Shown: positions 59,252-64,000 of the stretch, in pieces | Layout of the letters: each line of letters opens with the position of its first letter | How positions within the stretch are numbered: position 1 is the stretch's first letter | NCBI GenBank assembly: GCA_000708835.1 | Contig: DF236986.1 | Coordinates: 124,001 to 188,000 of the forward strand | DNA length: 64,000 nucleotides | Direction: 5' to 3' | Source of the DNA: Klebsormidium nitens | Taxonomy: Eukaryota > Plantae > Klebsormidiophyceae | The notes under the pieces: generated by a model | Seen by the model: the letters and a program-made list of their open reading frames with translations, nothing else | The model's database searches: none | What the model was told of the DNA's origin: nothing | Translations under genes and position numbers: made by a program

Positions 59252-61452
59252 TTATCTTGAGAAGGACTCTCGTATGTCGTGCCGGCACACAGGACAGATT
59301 CCGTGTTGGGAAAGCCACGTGTCCACACAGGGTTGGTGGAAAGTGTGGCGGCAGAATGGCAAGGAGCGGGCCCGGTCGCCAGCGCACAGCTCCTGCAGTG
59401 TGTAATAGATGCACGAGGATCAGCGTGTGGGACTTCGGCAAGTATCTCGCCCAAGCTCGCAGGTTCTTTTTGGTCAACTTGCATCAATGATGCCCTGAAC
59501 ATGACGCGAACCTTGCTACAAAAGCGACAGCTCTGTGAGCGAACCGAAGCAGGGACTTGCAAACAGCAAGAGAGCGGAATAGCCAGAAGCGTTCATCCGC
59601 CCGATGGAAATGAATGTTTTCCGTTTACTAGACTCCGTCCTTTTCTTAGTCGCACATCGAACCAACAGACTCAGTGTCTTCACCAGGGTCAAAGAGGGCT
59701 GACGTCTCAAAAAGTGATTAAAACCGAGAGGAAGGGGAGAGCGAGGTCCAAAATACAGCAGAGGCTTCCACGGGGTCGAACAGCTGGATCTCGAAGAGCC
59801 AAATCGATGCAAGCAATTTCTTTTCTCATTACGAGCACGAACATGAACAACAAACGCTCAATCCCTTCTCTCTACAAATGACAACTCAGTCACAGGGTCC
59901 ACTTCAAATGCTGACCTGTAAACAGATTGGGCAGCCAATTGGGTTCCCAACGCTGTCTCGCCGATCCCGCTCGCCGATGGTGTGCAGGGGCAGGCTGGCA
60001 ATCGCCGCAGGCGACGCTCCGTACGTCACGCGGCCCGGGCCAAAGAATTCGTACAGCTCCTCGTAGCTCATGTCGTCCACTTCGACCTGAACACGGAAAG
60101 GCAGTTTGACGAGTTGGATCGACGGAGTTGTATCGAGAATGAAGAGGATCAGCACAGCAATGGAAGGAACGATCGGGGAGATTGCATACTTGACTGATGC
60201 TTGTCAATCTTGACACCCACGATCAAACAACTATTCCACAACCAGAAGTGAGTAGCTGCTGAATAAGCACCCTTGTCTCGTGAAGGACTGGTGAAGCTAA
60301 AACGGGATACCCACCAGTCGGACATAGATTGCTGCTTGGAGTTCCCCAATTCGATCATTCTGCGGCATCTCAGAGTCTGAGCGCCTAACCGAATAGTGAC
60401 GACTTGTCCAGGACGTCAGATGACTGATAAGCTGAGGACTTACAAAGGCACATTCTGAGGTCCAAAATCTCCAGTGACAGGCTTGGTCAATAAGGCCCAA
60501 GGCACCAATTCTGAGGTATACGTTGTTTGAGTCACCATATTTCTGCTTTAGTTTTGCAAGAGCCCGCAGAGGTCCAGCCATTCTGCAAACCACAGCAGCC
60601 CAAAACTCTTGGCAAATGCAGAGGCCAGGCTAACGGGATAGAATTCTCCTGTCGGCACAAATTGTGTTCATGCCAGGGTGAATCTCGATCCCATCAGCCA
60701 CCGCGATCGCCTCCACTCACCTGCCATCGATTCCCTCGCAAAGAGATGCCCCGTCCAAAGCGGTCTTGTAGCAGGTCCTCGATATACTCAATCTGCAAAC
60801 GGTGGTTGATGTCAGCCCATGCAGTCAGAGTTTTAAATCAAAAACTCTGGTACAAAAGATGGTGCCTGCTCTGAAGATTCAGCACCAAGTGCCCTTTGCT
60901 GATGCTCTCTGCGACACCGATGGGAGTCTCAATAGACCAGGGTTGTATCTTAAACATGACACGTGCTAAAACAGAAAGTTGATTGGTTCCACAAAGCAGC
61001 AAAGCAACGCTATTCGCATGAATGCTATACCAGATACCTGATGAGCCTCGATCGTTCCCACAATATATTCCCCTGTGCTGTATGCACTGACACCTCGGAC
61101 CCCAAGCAGATAACTAGTACACTCTCACCGTTGCAGGGGGCACGTTTCCCGCTGACATCGAGACCCCCAGTCGTTCCAGCGCCGACTTCCACATCTCCCG
61201 GGCCCTCTCTAGCGCCTCTACGCTGACCACCGCCCCCGCTATGAGGCCCAGCCCCGCCCCCCGAAGGACACCGCTGTCGGTCGCTCTCCCCGCCAGTGCC
61301 CCAGCAACCGCCCCGGTGCACGCCCCCACGAATGCAAACATGCCCGTGAGGGCCCCAGACACCGCTCCATTGATCAGGCTCTGGCCTTGCGCAAGTCCTG
61401 CAAGGGAGGCGCAGTGAGGGTGTCCATGAGTGTTGGTTCTGGTGACGAACAT
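59252..61452 (-). CDS. NEP1-interacting-protein-like (NIP-type) transmembrane RING-H2 E3 ligase (at least 235 aa). Exons ~61452-61129, 60792-60721, 60086-59916, 59392-59252
   Basis: Gly/Ala-rich TM block [37 protein letters not shown], typical of plant NIP1-like proteins. C-terminal C3H2C3 RING: CPICLQ|[37 protein letters not shown]. The start codon is uncertain (ATG 61452, or further upstream). Confidence 0.85.
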
Positions 61453-62750
61453 GGTACAACTTAAGGCTTGCCGCCAGACTTGCCCCAAAGGGTCAACAAT
61501 GGATGGTACTGGAGGTTGTACAAAGTACAAGATGGCCATAAAGAGCAGCCTGGTGCCTGGTGAGCTCGGTGAGGTCTCCACAAGCACCACGGTTGACCAC
61601 GTGCGAAAAAGGTACAAAAGCAACCCACTACTGTTTCACTTTGTTTGAAGGAGTCAGGATGCAAAGGTTGGGAGAAGGCTCTCAGTGTCCAAAACTTGAA
61701 AGTATGCAGACCAAACTCTGTCGGCAACTAGAGCTTCACCACTTCACACAAGCAGAAAATCATAAGAAGTACCTTGAGGGTGACTGGAGCTTGAGCTTGT
61801 GTCACAAGACTTCATATCTGAAGACCTTTCAAGAGAGAAATCCTCTGCAAGCTGAGAGCTTGATGAGCACAGCACGCAAGGAGACACTTGCCCCCTTAAC
61901 AGACTCTGACGAGCTGCGCTGATCAGTCACTTGCGAAGGAGCGGAAAAACCGTAGCAACTCATTTTGATTCATCCCTTGCTCAATAAAGAACGCTGTATC
62001 GAGTTGCATTACAAAGGAGTTCTTGGAGAATGACGTAATATGGACACCAGAGAACTCAACCAAACAGCCTTGGGCTTAAAGCAGCTCCTTGAAAGCTTTT
62101 GGTTCTTTCTGGGGCTTGACAGAAGCCCAACAATAGATAGACTCAGCATCACGACAAGTCATCAAGGAGATCTTCCAAAGAACACCAAAGAACACTATTG
62201 TAAGAACCTCATCACAGCATTAGTATCTCAAAAATAGTAAGCAATGCAAGGATGACCCAAGAACCGCCGGTTCGCTCCGACCAGTCCAAGGGGGCAATGC
62301 TGGCCCAGGAAACCAGAAATGAGAAATTTTCCTCGTGCACCGGCAGATCTCGGCTTGTAAATAGGATTGCAGTTGAGAAGATTGATAACCGAGAGAGAGT
62401 ACCAGACACATCCAAAACCAGTCATGTGATCAAAGTAAAGGTGAGCTGTGAATGAAAGCATAGGCAAAAGCGTGAAGATGATGATCAGGGTTTAGATGCT
62501 GCGAGGGCTGCAGGCTTTTGCAACCAAGCCACAAGTCTTGACCAAAAAGAAGAATATCAAGAAAGCAATACGTGACGTGGTTGCCTCAAGCTGCACACCT
62601 GTGACATGAAGCAGAAACCTATCATGTTCCCAAAGCTGTGTCACCAACCACAGCACCAGGCACTTTGAAGCAGACAATCACTAGGGCTCAATGACATTGT
62701 CGTCGCTCTCTTTACCAAGGACGCTGCAGAGATCAGGTGGCGGGCCCTAC

Positions 62751-63041
62751 CAGGTATATAACTGCTGAGACTCCAGTTCCTTTCATTGCTTCCACTGTCC
62801 GACGATCGTTGGAGGTCCGCAGCACTCGCACTAGCCCAGAGATCTTCACAAAAAGAGTTGTGGCACATCCCACACTGCATGGAATCGCCCTCCTCGTCGT
62901 TGAGAAACGTACACACGGGACAGAGTCTCCGGCCCTCGCCGCTGGTTGCAGCATGATCATGTTCCCAGTGTGCAGACGGCCCTGCCGCTGGTTCTGCCTC
63001 AATCTCAGCTTCCTCAATCTCCGCCATGAGAGGGTGCGACC
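62751..63041 (-). CDS. Probable internal exon encoding an acidic linker and RanBP2/NZF-like zinc finger; the rest of the gene is not resolved
   Basis: RLCPVCTFLNDEEGDSMQCGMC (C-x2-C-x3-N-x8-C-x2-C), flanked by a ttgcAG acceptor (63043-63042) and a GTAGGG donor (62750). I could not assign neighbouring exons. Confidence 0.5.
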
Positions 63042-64000
63042 CTGCAACTTGACTGCGGCTTACGAGAAGGATTCAAGCGAGCAGACGAGCAATCAGCCAG
63101 ACTGCCCGAGCACTTTGGGGATGGGACTGTCATGCCTGTGCGGCAGAACCGACAGGGCCTCGCTCATGTTTAACGAAATTGCAACCAACACTTTGCCCAG
63201 CTATTGCTTCAAACGTTCTTGATGACTAGGATGATGACTAGGACAATGACTGGGACGTCTTCTTTCCCAACAGCTACGCTGCTAGGAGCAATGAAGCCTC
63301 TGCCTGCACCATGCAACAGTCTGCCCCACCCAAAGGACCAAGTGAGGCCAGTATGATTAGAGCACAGCTACTTGAGAAAATATATGGAACAATTCCAGGT
63401 CAATCTGCTACACCCGACTGCTTGCGATTGCTCATTCAACATACTGTTGAAAGCAGGGGTCCTTGCGACTTGCCCAGCTGCTAAGGAAGCTGATGGCACT
63501 CCCCAGAATCCCACCCAGCACACCCTCTTGTTTCTTCCCGAGTCAGCTCTGAACAAACGCGGAACAGAGCACGAGGAATCCAAGGGAACAGAATGCAACC
63601 TCAGGCAAAGCCCAACCACATCTTCCACTCAGCCCTTCCCTCGATTTCTCCGTTGGTCACTCGGCTGCCTCGTCAATTAAACAGCGGTACAACACCCCTT
63701 GCAGATGCGGTAGCCATTCTTGTCCCCTCTCGCCCCTTGATGCCAGTCTATGGAAAGAAGCTGTGCTCTACTACCGTATTGCCTGAGGCTTTGCGGACGG
63801 CTCGGACGGCTAGCCTGAGCTGTCCGCTTTTGCTGCAGCGTCCGAAAGCGTGACTGTGCAAAGTGGACCCTTTCGCTGACGTCATCATCCGACATGGTTC
63901 ACGTGCTAACCAATCATCCATTAGTCGCACCTGACGGCTCAGAAGCCGCCAGCTGGGCACCTCATCCGTGAGCAGTGAGCACTGAGCACTGAGACACTGA

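Noticed and set aside
1-64000. CRISPR arrays, rRNA, tRNA, prokaryotic operons and reverse-transcriptase or transposase ORFs
   Set aside because: None seen. The periodic arrays derive from exon junctions rather than a repeat-spacer structure, and all recognisable genes are eukaryotic.

Overview
Compact, intron-rich eukaryotic nuclear DNA. The proteins are streptophyte-like and the exons are GC-rich with GT-AG introns of 0.2-1.5 kb; a charophyte alga such as Klebsormidium is my inference, not confirmed. I reconstructed by hand, with splice phases checked, these spliced genes: TMEM120 (5' end outside the window), MAGO, AUGMIN subunit 4/HAUS4, an orphan signal-peptide/TM protein, an F-box/LRR protein, a plastid-type five-bladed beta-propeller glycosyl-hydrolase-like protein, a SlyD-type FKBP, cytosolic HSP90, PRP28/DDX23, the complex I 20.9 kDa subunit and a NIP1-like RING-H2 ligase. 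There are also a single-exon TPR protein and a partial zinc-finger exon. Two MITE-like elements have TA target duplications and GG(G)C termini. The most striking unexplained structure is at 12 exon-intron junctions in 4 unrelated genes, where the intron holds 1-5 tandem, degenerate copies of the junction itself (acceptor plus exon start, or exon end plus donor). The period is mostly about 100-200 bp, and the copies farthest from the functional exon tend to be the most decayed. This looks like a recurrent junction-duplication process that grows introns and leaves arrays of decoy splice sites, most densely in the splicing helicase gene PRP28. Two or three GC-AG introns and a dense palindrome cluster near 42.2-42.5 kb are also noted.
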